A stretch of DNA of 57,887 nt, filler included, from Thelocarpon superellum (Eukaryota), in NCBI GenBank assembly GCA_026025795.1. It is 2 parts of 2 records of this genome, joined end to end, with 100 filler letters (N's around TTAATTAATTAA, not from the genome) between each part and the next. Parts side by side here need not be neighbours in the genome. Positions count along the whole stretch, not along the records: positions 1 to 28,904 come from JAPEUG010000229.1; 1 more part is not named here. One strand, given 5' to 3'. Each line of letters begins with the position of its first letter. Position 1 is the first letter of the stretch. Below are positions 12,703-24,203 of this stretch, piece by piece. The position numbers were made by a program, and so were the translations under genes. Under the pieces are notes generated by a model. The model worked only from the letters and a program-made list of their open reading frames with translations, had not been told where the DNA came from and searched no databases.

Positions 12703-13939
12703 TCCCAGCGGTCGCCATTTATCGCCACTTCAATCGGGATGCTCGTTTTGTCTGACGACTGGGGAAAATCCAAGCGCCGGTCATCATGACGTGCCTGCCG
12801 CTGGATATGTCCGAAGCTAGCGACTAGTGATGGCCGCCGGATGTCATCGCCGTGACATCGGCCAAGACCCCGTCGAATGGCCTTTCGCCCGATCCCGCGT
12901 CATTCAGGTTCCTGGGGGCAGTGCTCTTCTGCGCAGGCTGGCCATGCATTCGTCGCCTCAGGAGCCCCCAGTCATGCCGGTGTCCAGGCCCGCGAGTTTG
13001 CAGGCCGCATTTCCACCACGGCGATCAATGCGGGCTTCCGAAATTACATGGACGCTGGTACGGCGAAGGTCGGTCGGGCAGTCTAGAACGTGCCCGGGCG
13101 GCCGGGCTATTTCCATTTCCCGAGCCACAGCTTCGCACGCTCGGCTACGCTTAGATGCTACGGGTAGTGAGGTTGCTGGATTGAATAGGCAAGTGGCTAC
13201 TAGCCACTGTTCAGTGGTGCCTTGCCCGACGGACGGGTGGGTGAGGGCAGGCGTGCGGCTGAGCGGTGGGTGTCAGGCGGCCGTCTGACTGGCGGGGCGA
13301 GCGAAGGGAGGGTTACAGCTTAACGTGGTCATGGTGCACGCGGCGGGCACTACGGCAGATGATAGCAACTCGCACCTGAACAGGCAAGAAGGCAATGTCA
13401 TCCAGGTTTGTCAGGTTGCAATCCGGGCGTAGTCTTGACTATCGAAACGTCGGGACCATTTTGTTCTTGGGACGGTGGTGCCCTCGTAATCCAAAGCTGC
13501 GCCACACGGTTAAGTGCATCACTACTGTCGAAAGACGTCCCAGTATAGAGCACGGAATACCGCTGGTTTTGATCCGCCACTCGTAAAAACGGTGCTTCTG
13601 GCGCTGACCACTGAGGCAGCTGGATCATGACCCGCCGACGCATCGCCAATAACCAGCTCTCCGTCGCAGGGTCAGCGAGCCGAACCGGTTAGGGTCAGGG
13701 AGGTCGGCGAGAGGCCGCTACAGCCAGGCTGCCGCGGGTAGGAGTACAGGGGATTGGGGCATGCTGGAGTACGCTTGGGCGGCGTGGTCGGGCCGGGCTG
13801 GTACCGCTACTTGGGGGACTCCAATCCGCCCGGGGCATCTGCACACGTTCCCACACGTTCCCTTCAGAGGTATCGCGGCGATCAAAGGCGATCATAGGCG
13901 ATCATAGGTTCGTTGTAATCGGTTCAGCCAGCCCCAACT

Positions 13940-14065
13940 TCTCTCACTCCTCCTCACTCCTCCTCACTCCCCACACCCTGTCTCATATTACTCCCGTCAT
14001 ATCCTCTCCTTCATCCCTCTTTCGCCCTTTTTGCCCTTTTCTCCCTCTTCCCCACTTCCACCTTG
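13940..14065 (+). promoter_or_regulatory. Pyrimidine (CT)-rich core-promoter/5'UTR tract upstream of the 14363 gene
   Basis: Near-continuous C/T tract including a CTCACTCCTC repeat; CT-rich boxes commonly precede transcription starts in filamentous fungi. Confidence 0.45.
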
Positions 14066-14362
14066 TCGCGTTCTCTTTGCCCCGGTTCACATCCGCGCAA
14101 TTGCGTCGGCAGACATGACCTCGGTCACTTAGCTGCAGTCGTCAGGCTGGCTCTGGCACTGTCACCTACCAACCACGCGCTTTCGTTTCGGGCAGCGGGC
14201 AGCGAGGGGCACGGTCCTGCCTGGACACCTCGTGTACCTTCTCTCCGGGATCCGATCCGCCCACCCATCCTATCCGCCAGACTCTTCATCGTGCCACCCG
14301 TCTTCCCACCGTCTCCATCTACGGGGTCTCGGCGACTACGAGGTTGGTGACGGCGCGGGACG

Positions 14363-15589
14363 ATGATGGAGTACCGCTCACCCCCGTATCAACTGCCGCA
14401 CCGCAAACCGGTCCCTACGTACAAACCTGGCAACGTTGCGGTGCCGTCGCCGACCGCACCTCGTACTGAAGGCTCCGCACCTGTCTCATCGAGTCCGGGG
14501 GGGGCGCACAATCGACCTCGGGTATCGCCCACGAACACGCTCTCGGCCGCAAGCACCTTTTCGAGTACGGTGTCGAGCACGCTCGGAGGCAGCATGTCGA
14601 ATACCTCCAGGACGGTGCCACTCAATTCGAATTACCCTCCCCACGCGGTGCCGGCCTACCAATACCCGTCGGCGGTGACGAAGCCGCCGGCGCGGCGAAC
14701 GCTGTCCAACGGGACGACGTCGACGTCGACGACGGGCAGTGGGCTGATGCCAGTGCGGACGGGATCGAACGCATCGTTGACGCTGCGGCGCTCGACATCG
14801 ACACGGTCGGGTACGTCGCCGTGTGGCTACGTCGCCTTGATGCGCAAGCAGAAAGCGACGGTGTGGTGTGACCGGGCGCAGCATGAGGATCCGCGCCTGG
14901 TGGCGCAACAGAAGGCGGCCAAGATGCGTGCCGCCATGGAGATTGTGGGTGCCGCCGGCCGTACCTCCACCCACACGACGGCCAGCACGACCAGCAGCAG
15001 CATGATGTCCCGCACCAAGATCCGTCATCACAACAAGCCCGCCCACATTGGCTACACGCCGGCCTCGCTGGTGGGCGGCGTGAGCAGCGTGCCCATGCGT
15101 CTGAGCGCGAGCGAGGTGGGCGATGACGGCCATCGTCAGGGCGAGAGCAGTGCGCCACGGTCGAACGCCGCGCACCGGCGCAGCGGCAGTGGGTTGAGCT
15201 CCATGGGCACGCAGCCCAGCGCAGGGTCGTTGACATCCAGATCCGCTCACCTGCATGTCCCGGGCGGCCGGCTCAGTCAGATCGATCTGTTGAACAACAG
15301 CAGCGGCAGCGGCAGCAGCCCGGATGGCCATTCGGAAGGCCGCACGCCCAGCGACCCCTTTCCGCCCAAGGCGGCGCCCGCGGCCATCATCGGTAGTGGC
15401 ACGCCGCCGGAGAAGGACGATCGGTATCGGATGGGGATGGGGGCAGTGCCGGCTCGTCGGGAGCCGCGGGTGGGCGAGCCGGGGCCCAAGTCGACGGACG
15501 AGTTGAAACGACGCGGGAGCGTGGACGACCGCACCATGACGATGAGCGCTGGGCGGCTGTTTGTTGCGAATCCGGATTTGAGTGACTGA
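14363..15589 (+). CDS. Conserved uncharacterised Ser/Thr/Pro-rich fungal protein, 408 aa
   Basis: Single-exon ORF with host-like codon bias; ordered islands YVALMRKQKATVWCDRAQ.EDPR, KIRHH, VPMRLSASEV, ELKRRGSVDDRT, and C-terminal LFVANPDLSD, which I recognise as recurring in Pezizomycotina hypothetical proteins. Confidence 0.8.
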   Translation: MMEYRSPPYQLPHRKPVPTYKPGNVAVPSPTAPRTEGSAPVSSSPGGAHNRPRVSPTNTLSAASTFSSTVSSTLGGSMSNTSRTVPLNSNYPPHAVPAYQYPSAVTKPPARRTLSNGTTSTSTTGSGLMPVRTGSNASLTLRRSTSTRSGTSPCGYVALMRKQKATVWCDRAQHEDPRLVAQQKAAKMRAAMEIVGAAGRTSTHTTASTTSSSMMSRTKIRHHNKPAHIGYTPASLVGGVSSVPMRLSASEVGDDGHRQGESSAPRSNAAHRRSGSGLSSMGTQPSAGSLTSRSAHLHVPGGRLSQIDLLNNSSGSGSSPDGHSEGRTPSDPFPPKAAPAAIIGSGTPPEKDDRYRMGMGAVPARREPRVGEPGPKSTDELKRRGSVDDRTMTMSAGRLFVANPDLSD

Positions 15590-16125
15590 TTGCCCCTGAC
15601 TGCCCCTGCTGATGACTTGTCCTGGTTCGTCTCGCATCTAACCCCCCCCTCCTCCCCACCCCCCACCCTTTCGCCTTCCTCCTTCCGACTGCCGCCCGTC
15701 GGCCATGTCACGGCGTCTCGCGTGCAGCCTTTTGATGATGCTTTCGGTCTACGTGTCTACGTTGCTTGGGAGGATATTGGTCGGATACACGGGAGAGGAC
15801 ATGTACATACTGACGATCACGCGCGGCGACGCGTCACACGTAATATGGGGCCTTGACACCCGATGAACGAGCTTCACTTTCCTCGTGCTCGAGCATCATG
15901 GGAGTACGGTCGTTGACCTGAGATGGTCGTAATATCGCTGGCGAAGTGTGGGCCCCTGCTCGCCCGGCGGATCTGCTGGGTCCGCCGTCGTTCACGCTAA
16001 GCCGAAAGGGGGATGCAGCTGGCCCCCGGCTTCACACAGCTGAACCAGTTGGACCCGGTGTGCCTGTGTACATCGTACCCTACCCTACGCCATGTGAACT
16101 CGTCCCAAGAACAAGTCACTGCAAT

Positions 16126-18637
16126 ATGTCCTCCACGCCTCCAAAGCCCCGTAAAGAGACACATGGGTCGACGGTTCCCGAAAAAGGTCATGTTCGATCC
16201 AATGGCATTCGATCATTTAAAGAAGCCTCCGAGGTGTCATCCAACCGCGGTCGCCCATCCAAAGCAGCCTCCACCCACAAGACTCTCGATGCCACGACCG
16301 AGCCTAGCCGATGGAGACTACTCGATGAAGCGGGACGACAGACATGGCATTACTTGAGCCTAGACGAGGTCGAGTCCTGGCCCCAGACCGTGGCCGACAA
16401 GTATCATCTCGGGCTCCCGACGGTAGGGCCACTCCAGTGCTTCCGCGATGCTGCTGACGACGACGCTCTAGGGAATGCCAGACCTCCCACCCGCTCGCAC
16501 CGTTCTGGACTCCGTCCGTAATGGCCTCGACTTCTTCTCTCATCTACAACTCCCTCCCGGCAATTGGGCCAGCGAGTATGGCGGCCCCCTGTTCCTTCAG
16601 CCCGGACTTGTCCTGGCCTGGCATGTTACCGACACCCCGATTCCGACCTCGCACGCCATCGAGATGAAGAGATACCTGTTCGCCCGGCAGAACCCCAATG
16701 ACGGAGGTTGGGGCTTGCACGTGGAGGGCGAGAGCACGGTCTTTGGCACAGCGATGAACTATGTCGTTCTGCGAGTCCTGGGCGTGTCGGAAGAAGACGA
16801 GCGGATGGTGCGGGCTCGGGGGACACTGCATCGCTTGGGCGGAGCTCTGGCGGCACCGCATTGGGCCAAGTTCTGGCTGTCGGTGCTGGGGGCGTGCGAA
16901 TGGGACGCGGTCAATCCGGTCCCGCCGGAGCTATGGTCTGTTGGCTCATCCGGTCCCTCGGATCCGACACTGACGGGCATGGCAGGCTGCTCCCCGATTG
17001 GACCCCCATCTCTCCATGGCGCTGGTGGATCCATCTCCGCCAGGTCTTTCTACCCATGTCGTACATCTATTCCAGGCGCTGGTCGTACCGCTCGACCCCT
17101 TTGACCCGTCAATTGCGGGCGGAACTCTACACCCAACCATACGACTCGATCGACTTTGCCTCCCATCGCAACACCATCTCCCCCGTGGACAACTACCACC
17201 CGAAGACATGGATCCTCAACACCATCAACTGGTTACTGGTGAACATGTGGAACCCCTACTTGCGCACCACCAGCCTGGCGCAGAAGGCCGAGGACTGGAC
17301 GTATGACCTGATCCGTCGTGAAGACGAGAACACCGACTATGCCGACCTGGCGCCGGTCAATGCGGCCATGAACACCGTGGCGTGCTTCGTGCGCGAAGGA
17401 GGGGATAGCTACGCGGTGCAGCGACACCGAGAGCAGCTGAATGTCTATCTGTGGATGAACAAGGAAGGCATGTTATGCAACGGCACGGACGGGGTGCAGA
17501 CGTGGGATACGGCGTGGCTCGTGCAGTCCGTATGCGAGGCAGGCCTGGCGGATGAGGCCAGGTGGCGGCCGATGCTGTTGAAGGCCTTGGGCTTTCTCGA
17601 GGACCAGCAGATTCGCGAGAATTGTCCCGAGCAGGAGGTGTGCTACCGCCAGCGGCGGAAGGGGGCGTGGGCCTTTAGCACCAAGGCGCAAGGCTACACC
17701 GTCAGCGACTGCGTGTCCGAGGCCTTGAAGGCCGTGATCCTTCTCCAACGCGTCCACTCCTTCCCGACCCTGGTGTCGGATCAGCGCGTGGAGGAAGCCG
17801 TCGACACCCTCCTGACCATGCAAAATGCCTCGGGTGGATTTGCGTCATACGAGCCGCAACGAGGATCGGAATATCTCGAGTATTTGAACGCGGCCGAGGT
17901 GTTTGGGCGCATCATGGTGGAATACGACTACCCCGAATGCACGACCGCCGTGGTGACGGCGCTCTCGCTCTTCTCCAAGCATTTCCCCGACTATCGACGA
18001 GAGGAGATTGCGCGGGTCAAGGCCGGCGCATTGAAATACATCCATCGGGCACAGCGGAGCGACGGCAGCTGGTACGGGAGTTGGGGGATCTGCTTCACCT
18101 ACGCCGCCATGTTTGCCTTGGAGAGTCTGAGCAGCGTCGGCGAGACGTACGCAAACAGCGAGACTGTGGCCAAGGGGTGTGGGTTCTTGCTGAGTAAACA
18201 GAAGGAGGACGGCGGATGGGGAGAGAGCTACAAGGTGGGGGAGGCATCGGTTGGGGCGAAGTCGGTGCTGGCTAACCCACGTACAGAGCTGCGAGAGGGG
18301 CATCTACCATCAACACGAGAATTCGCAAGTGGTGAACACGGCATGGGCGGTGATTGCACTCTTGCAGGGCCAGTATCCAGATCAGGCGCCGATTGAGAAA
18401 GCCGTGCGGCTGATCACGGGACGGCAACAAAAGAACGGAGAGTGGCTGCAAGAGGCCATCGAGGGGGTATTCAACAAGAGCTGGTAAGCTGAGCTTGGTT
18501 TGGGTCTGGCGAGGTTACTATACTGACTCGTTGTCGTGCCCATCTCTAGCATGATTACCTTTCCCAACTACAAGTTTTACTTCACCTTCAAGGCGCTGGG
18601 CATGTATGCGAAGCGGTTTGGGGATATGAAGCTGTGA
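16126..18637 (+). CDS. ERG7: Oxidosqualene cyclase / lanosterol synthase, ~764 aa
   Basis: GRQTW, EYGGPLF, QW repeats (QNPNDGGWGLH, QNASGGF, QRSDGSWYGSWG, QKEDGGWGES, QQKNGEW), WWIH.RQV, catalytic VSDC, GVFNKSCMI. Exons 16126-16422, 16472-16935, 16986-18234, 18287-18483, 18550-18637 (765 codons). Confidence 0.96.
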
Positions 18638-18982
18638 TGTACTCTAATGCACTCCAACGTCAACAGATGGACTTTTCACCATGCAACGACTTGGGCTGGC
18701 ATGGCATGAATGGGATGGTGAGGGTAGTGGTGACTGCTGTAGTTCGTCTTGGCATTGATCCATGCGGGGTCGTAGCGGGGTCGACTAAGCTCGAACGTCG
18801 AAAGGTCTAGAAAGCAACAGGCGACCCGTACGGCAATAGCCACGGCAACTGTCATCGCCTCCATCGACCAGGTTACTGCCTTTACCATATCGTATGAGCT
18901 ACGGCACGCCATGAATGCCAGCAGCTAGAACACCCACTACCGCGCTCTCTCCCTACGCCCCTCTCCTCTCCGTGACGGGAAA

Positions 18983-20445
18983 ATGGCAAGCCAAGCAGCA
19001 GCAGGCCTCGCCGCGCTTGACCGTCAAGACTACTCCGCCGCCATCACCTCCTACACCGCGGCGCTCGTCCACGCCCCCAGCTCACCCGACTACTACATCC
19101 GGCGCTCGACCGCCTACCTCCGCGTCTCACCCCCCCAGTACACTCTCGCCCTCCACGATGCCGAGACCGCCGTCCACCTGGCCTTCAAGCGCGCCAAGCG
19201 CGAATCCATCGCCGCTGCCCAGATGCGCCGCGGCATTGCACTGTTTCGGCTCAAGCGGTTCGCGGATGCGGCGAGGTGTTTTGACTGGACGGGGGAGCGG
19301 AACGAGAAGGAGCAGGGGCTGGAGATTTGGAAGAAGAGGGTTGAGGCCGAGCTGGCCAGGGAAGGTCACGAGGGGCACGTGGCCGTGGCCGCGGCGACTG
19401 CGGTGGAGATCCCAGACGTGGATTTGACCCAGACCGACGCCGCTTCGAAGGAGGTCGAGAAGACAAAGGATGAGAGCTTGGGAGGAGGGACCGCGGACGA
19501 CACGAACCGGACAGACCAGGCCAAACCAGTCGACGGCGTGCAGACTCCCGCGAGCAAAATCCGCCACGAATGGTACCAGACACCCGACAAGGTGGTGGTG
19601 ACGCTGTTGGTCAAGGGTGTGCCCAAACACCAGGCCGCGATTGAACTCCACGAAGACGCTGTATCTCCTCCCTTGCATCTCCCCGCCAATGTCCTCGCCG
19701 CTGCATATGCTAACGATAGCCGCAACAGGTATCCGTGTCTTTCCCCATGCCTCCGGCTTCGACGTACGATTTCTCACTTGAACCCCTCTTCGCGCCCATT
19801 GTGGCCTCGAGCTCCAGCTACGCGGTCATGTCGACCAAGATTGAGCTGGTCTTGGTGAAAGCGACGCCGGGTCGGAAATGGAGCTCGTTGGAGGGATCGG
19901 GCACGCCGGCCACCGGGGCTGATGTAGGGGGTGGGGGAGGGGGGGAGGGTGATGCCATCAACCGCCCTGTCTTGGCTTCTTCTTCTACCTCCACCGCCAC
20001 CACCAATACCGCTGCACCCAAAAGCACAGGACCAGTCTATCCCACCTCGTCCCGATCAGGCCCGAAGAACTGGGACAGGGTGGCAAAGGAGTTGACCTCG
20101 AAACGGACCAGCACTGCTGCTTCCACCTCTACTTCCAACTCTATCTCTACCTCTACCTCCACCGCCACATCCGCCAACACCAACAACCCAACGTCCACCA
20201 ATGATAAAGCCCGAGAAGAAGAGGATGAAGACGACGACGACGACGACGAAGGAGGCAGCGACCCAGTCAACGCCTTCTTCAAGAAGCTCTACTCCGGCGC
20301 CGACGCCGACACGCGCCGCGCAATGATCAAGAGTTATCAGGAGAGTAATGGCACGGCGTTGAGTACGAATTGGTCCGAGGTGGGCAAGGGGAAGGTGGAA
20401 ACTACACCGCCTGAGGGTATGGAGGCCAGGTCTTGGGGGGAGTAG
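18983..20445 (+). CDS. SGT1: SGT1 Hsp90 co-chaperone (TPR + CS + SGS), ~464 aa
   Basis: N-terminal TPR; CS domain KIRHEWYQT...STKIELVLVK; SGS domain YPTSSRSGPKNWD, FFKKLY, RRAMIKSYQESNGTALSTNW, PPEGME. Intron 19661-19728. Confidence 0.95.
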
Positions 20446-20535
20446 CAGGACAGGAACAGACTAGGGAGGGTAGGCATGATGTGGTTTATAGGTTTGCATT
20501 AGCCAGGTCGAGGTCGCTGCTTTCAATCGGTTAAT

Positions 20536-20544
20536 CAAGCAAGC

Positions 20545-20576
<32 letters not shown>
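20536..20576. repeat. (CAAG)n microsatellite, about 10 units with one variant
   Basis: Read directly; lies between the convergent 3' ends of SGT1 and the GST gene. Confidence 0.9.
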
Positions 20577-20631
20577 CTTTCGTTCTCCCCTCTGAATTCC
20601 ATGGCTACTTTCGCTCCTCCCGAAGTAAAAA

Positions 20632-21546
20632 CTAGTGCTTTTGCGCCGCTGTCGCCGGTGGGGCCGTCGCTTTCTTGACAGCCGGTCGAGCCAAAATACG
20701 CTGCTGCCAGGCGTAGTAGTGTGGGTAATCCTTTGCGGCGTCGATTGCCTCGTCGTCCTTTAGCAGCCTCTGTTGTATTCCCGTCAGCTCGTCTGCTTTC
20801 CGTCTGCATATCCGCCGCATGGAGTTGATGCTGTAGGGGGAGAAGAGAAGACGGAAAACGGAGAAGTGGGACATACAGTAGTACCCGCGTCCCAGGGGAC
20901 AAAAGCTACATCATCTCCAGATCAGAACATGTCACCACTCACACGGATAGTGTGGTCAAAACCCACCGAGATCGGCGTAGGTTGCCTTGTCACCAACGAG
21001 GTACTGCTTCCCCTCTAGGGCACGGTTCAAGACGCTCACGACACGCTTGATCTCCCCGACGTATCTCAGACGCGCGGACTCGAGCTTCTCGGGATGATAA
21101 TACGTGAACCAGGCCGCCTGGCCAAAGTACGGGCCCTGCCCGCTCGTCTGGAAGTACAGCCACTGCTTGAGATGCCATTTCTCGGGTGCGGAGGTGTAGG
21201 TGAGCTTGTGCGAGGTGTCGTACGTCTCGATGAGGTACTCGATGATGGCGCCCGACTCCCACAGCGTGATGCCCGTGTTCGGGTCCTGGATGGCGGGGAC
21301 TCGGCCGTTCGGGTTGATGGACTCGTATGCCGGTTGCTTCACTTCGGCCATGGAGATCATCTTCACTTCGTACGGGATCGAGAGCTCTTCCATAACTATG
21401 ATGACTTTGGTAGGGTTAGGTGTGTGGGCTGCGTGGGGTGTCAGTGGGAATGCGAATCCGTACGCAGCTGCGAGGCTGGAGGATTGGGTGTAGAAGGGAC
21501 GGTGAAATCACTTACGAATCTCCCAGATGGTGATTGGCTTCGTCAT
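20632..21546 (-). CDS. Glutathione S-transferase, Ure2p-like class, ~219 aa
   Basis: TPNPTKV, INPNGRVPAI, LWESGAIIEYL, QWLYFQTSGQGPYFGQ, YLVGDKATYADLAFVPW. Exons 21546-21516, 21428-20967, 20905-20877, 20769-20632 (220 codons). Confidence 0.92.
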
Positions 21547-22732
21547 ATTTGCTGGCGGATGTCAATGGAAGGAGATAGTCGAGATGGTGGACGGAGTAAA
21601 GGGTGGGAGGGAGTGAGAGGAGAAGGATACTTGGGCCGAGGTGGGAGGCGTCGACAGGAAGGACGTTAATATATCACCCTTCAGCAGAATGAAGGAAAGT
21701 TATATAAACAGCAAGAGTAGAGTCTCACGGCGACTTTCAAGAGAAGGGTTGGGCCATGGCTGATTGCATTACAATCAGCCGTCACAAGTCCCCCCCTAGA
21801 CACACCGGACGCAGTGGACACTCGATTGATCAGAAGTCACCGCCACGGCCCATGGTGCCCGTAGTACAATCGTGCACGTGTACGGCATGAGGGTCATCGG
21901 TCCCCTGAGAGCAACATCACAGGGCTCGTCTTAGCAAAAACAGTCGCGAGTGTCATCCCATTTGTCAGTGGAAAGTCGCCGACGCTTGGATAAGCAAGAC
22001 TTGGACTAACCCCGTTCAGCCGAAGGCGCAACAGTAGAGAGATGAATCCAGACGTCGAGTCGGCTTCACGGCACAAGGTCCAGAAGCGGTCTGCAGTCGG
22101 CACGCGGCAAAGCAAGATGGACGCTGGGATTGGAGCCCTGAGACTGTATTATAAATCCAGCAGAGGCGGTATGCACGCAGTGGAAACGGGGCCGACATTG
22201 CATAGTGGGTGGCACAAATCAATCCCAAACGAGGCCTGCGGACAGTCGCGTCACGTTGGCCGGTGCCATGATTCTCCGGCACCACTGGAATCGGAGCTTG
22301 ATGTTTCCGAGCGAGCCTGTGGACGCGTCGTCGATTCCAGCTTAGTACGAGGCCGTTATTATTCATACCTCCTTCGTGGTTGACTGCCGAGAAAAGTGCA
22401 AGATGTCAACTGTGCACACCGGAGATGAAGCGAGAAACCATGGCTCCGTAGAGCCTCATCACTCGTGAGGCTCGGTGCTCGTATTCGTATTCGTACTTCT
22501 CCTACTCCATCTATGTTACTTCTACTTGGTCGCCTGTCCATTGAGTCTCGACACTGTTGACAATATCAACATGGTATGAAACCAATCTATCCACAAATTG
22601 GCCGAGAATGCGAGACACGATGTGAACGTCCGAGAGCGCCCATGTTCGTGAATGTTTGTAACGCCTCCGAGTATGACCGAAATTATTTGATCGTCGTATA
22701 TGCTGTGGACCGTGGATACGTAAAGAAGCGGC

Positions 22733-24203
22733 TTATGTGCCACCGGACACGGTGATCCTGATGCCATTTCCGCGCCGTGGTCTCCGCGTCAGGCCTCGAT
22801 GCAAGGAAAAATGTCAGCCAATCTGATCTCGCAGTGGAAACAAAAGAGGTCAACGAGAACCAGAGGATGAGGACTGACCTGCTGAAGTATAGACAGGGAG
22901 ATTGGGATTAGGATTAGTCGAAGGGCAGAACTGTTCCGGCAAGGTGGGAGGGTCAGGGAGAAAGGCGATTCCCCCTGCATGCGTGTGAGACGAGCCGTCA
23001 CATTGACTGATCAGCTGCTGGATGTACGGCACTATTGAGCCAAATGTGGTCGTGATAGGGCTGAGACGTGAAGTGAGCTTGATGTTGCACTGGGCTAGAA
23101 TGAACAGACCAATGTCAGACACCACCGGAAGATGAGCAAGCTTGGCATTGAAGGAGGATCTCACCATCTCCTTCCTCGTACGGACGATGAGGTTGCAGGG
23201 AGATTATCTCATCGGTGCGATTCTGACTCAGGAAAGCGTCGCACGAGGGTGCTCCGTATCTTGTCGCATCGCATGTCGATGAAAGACTCTTGATCGCGGG
23301 TGGATCAACGTTGTATGTCATGCCGTAGGGATTGCCAGGCCGACTCGGCTGCGTGCTCATTGCATTGTTGATCAAGTACATGGACAGTTGCCAGCGGCTC
23401 ACGGTCAGCCGAAAGTTTGGCGACACCTTTTCCGCCACTCTGCAGCTCAATGACACTGTAGACTGCCGTTTGATTCCATCGAAATCACTGGGCAACGTGC
23501 TGACCGTGACGACCAGGTAGTCGAGGAAAGATCCTGGTGTTGCTTAGTGCACGCCTTACCATGTTGGAGAGGAAAGCCGAAGGGGAGGAAGGAGGAAGGA
23601 GAAGGAGGAAGGAGAAGGAGGAAGGGGCAAAGTGGAGCGTGGCATACTTGGAGGGAGCTGGCGTAAAGGGTCCGGAGAGCCAAAGATGGCTGGCAGGATT
23701 TCAGACCACCCTACGGTACTATAACCGCCAATACCCCCACAAGTCCGCGCAACCCGTGCAACGGAATTCCGGAGCTGGTTTGGGGTAAAGGTGTAGGAGG
23801 TCCGGGTGCTGGGTTTGGTAGGGTCAAATGGCACCCTGGGCTCAATCGCGATGAACACCCGGGGCTCTTTGCCGGCGGACCGAGCTTCAAGGCTGACTCA
23901 GTCCCGCATTCGGCCTCGGGGCCTTGATTGAGGAGTCAACCTACATGACATGTAACGCTGCGGCACGTAATGAGGTCGCCGCGAATCGTAGTTCTGGAAC
24001 TCGACTACCTCATCGCCGCGTTCCATCGCTTCCATCGCTTCCCCAACTTTGGCGATGGAGATTGGAGCGCCATAGATCGCTCCGTCACACTCTAGTCCCT
24101 CGAGCTCGTCAAAGGGACCCTCTGGCACCACTGGGGATTGTGTGCACGACCGACCGACCAACAGAGTCCAGGCGAAGAGGAGGAGGAGAAGGCGATGCGC
24201 CAT
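22733..24203 (-). CDS. Predicted secreted protein with two tandem Cys-containing domains, ~380 aa (hand-built 5-exon model)
   Basis: Signal peptide MAHRLLLLLFAWTLLVGRSCTQ; exons 24203-23945, 23884-23648, 23533-23165, 23094-22879, 22794-22733 join in frame (381 codons); internal repeat CDGAIYGAP / CDATRYGAP. Two acceptors are weak (AAG, GAG). Confidence 0.6.

Noticed and set aside
12518..13900. Short ORFs in the 2-kb intergenic region after APE1
   Set aside because: Arg/Pro-rich random-looking translations with no consistent splice pattern.
14486..15637. Long antisense ORFs (also 32177-33079, 34042-34926, 41334-42017, 52267-53304)
   Set aside because: Shadow ORFs expected opposite GC3-rich coding strands; translations show no domain-like content.
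16126..21546. Triterpenoid biosynthetic cluster around the oxidosqualene cyclase
   Set aside because: No P450s, acyltransferases or pathway regulator nearby; the enzyme retains lanosterol-synthase residues and its neighbours are housekeeping genes.
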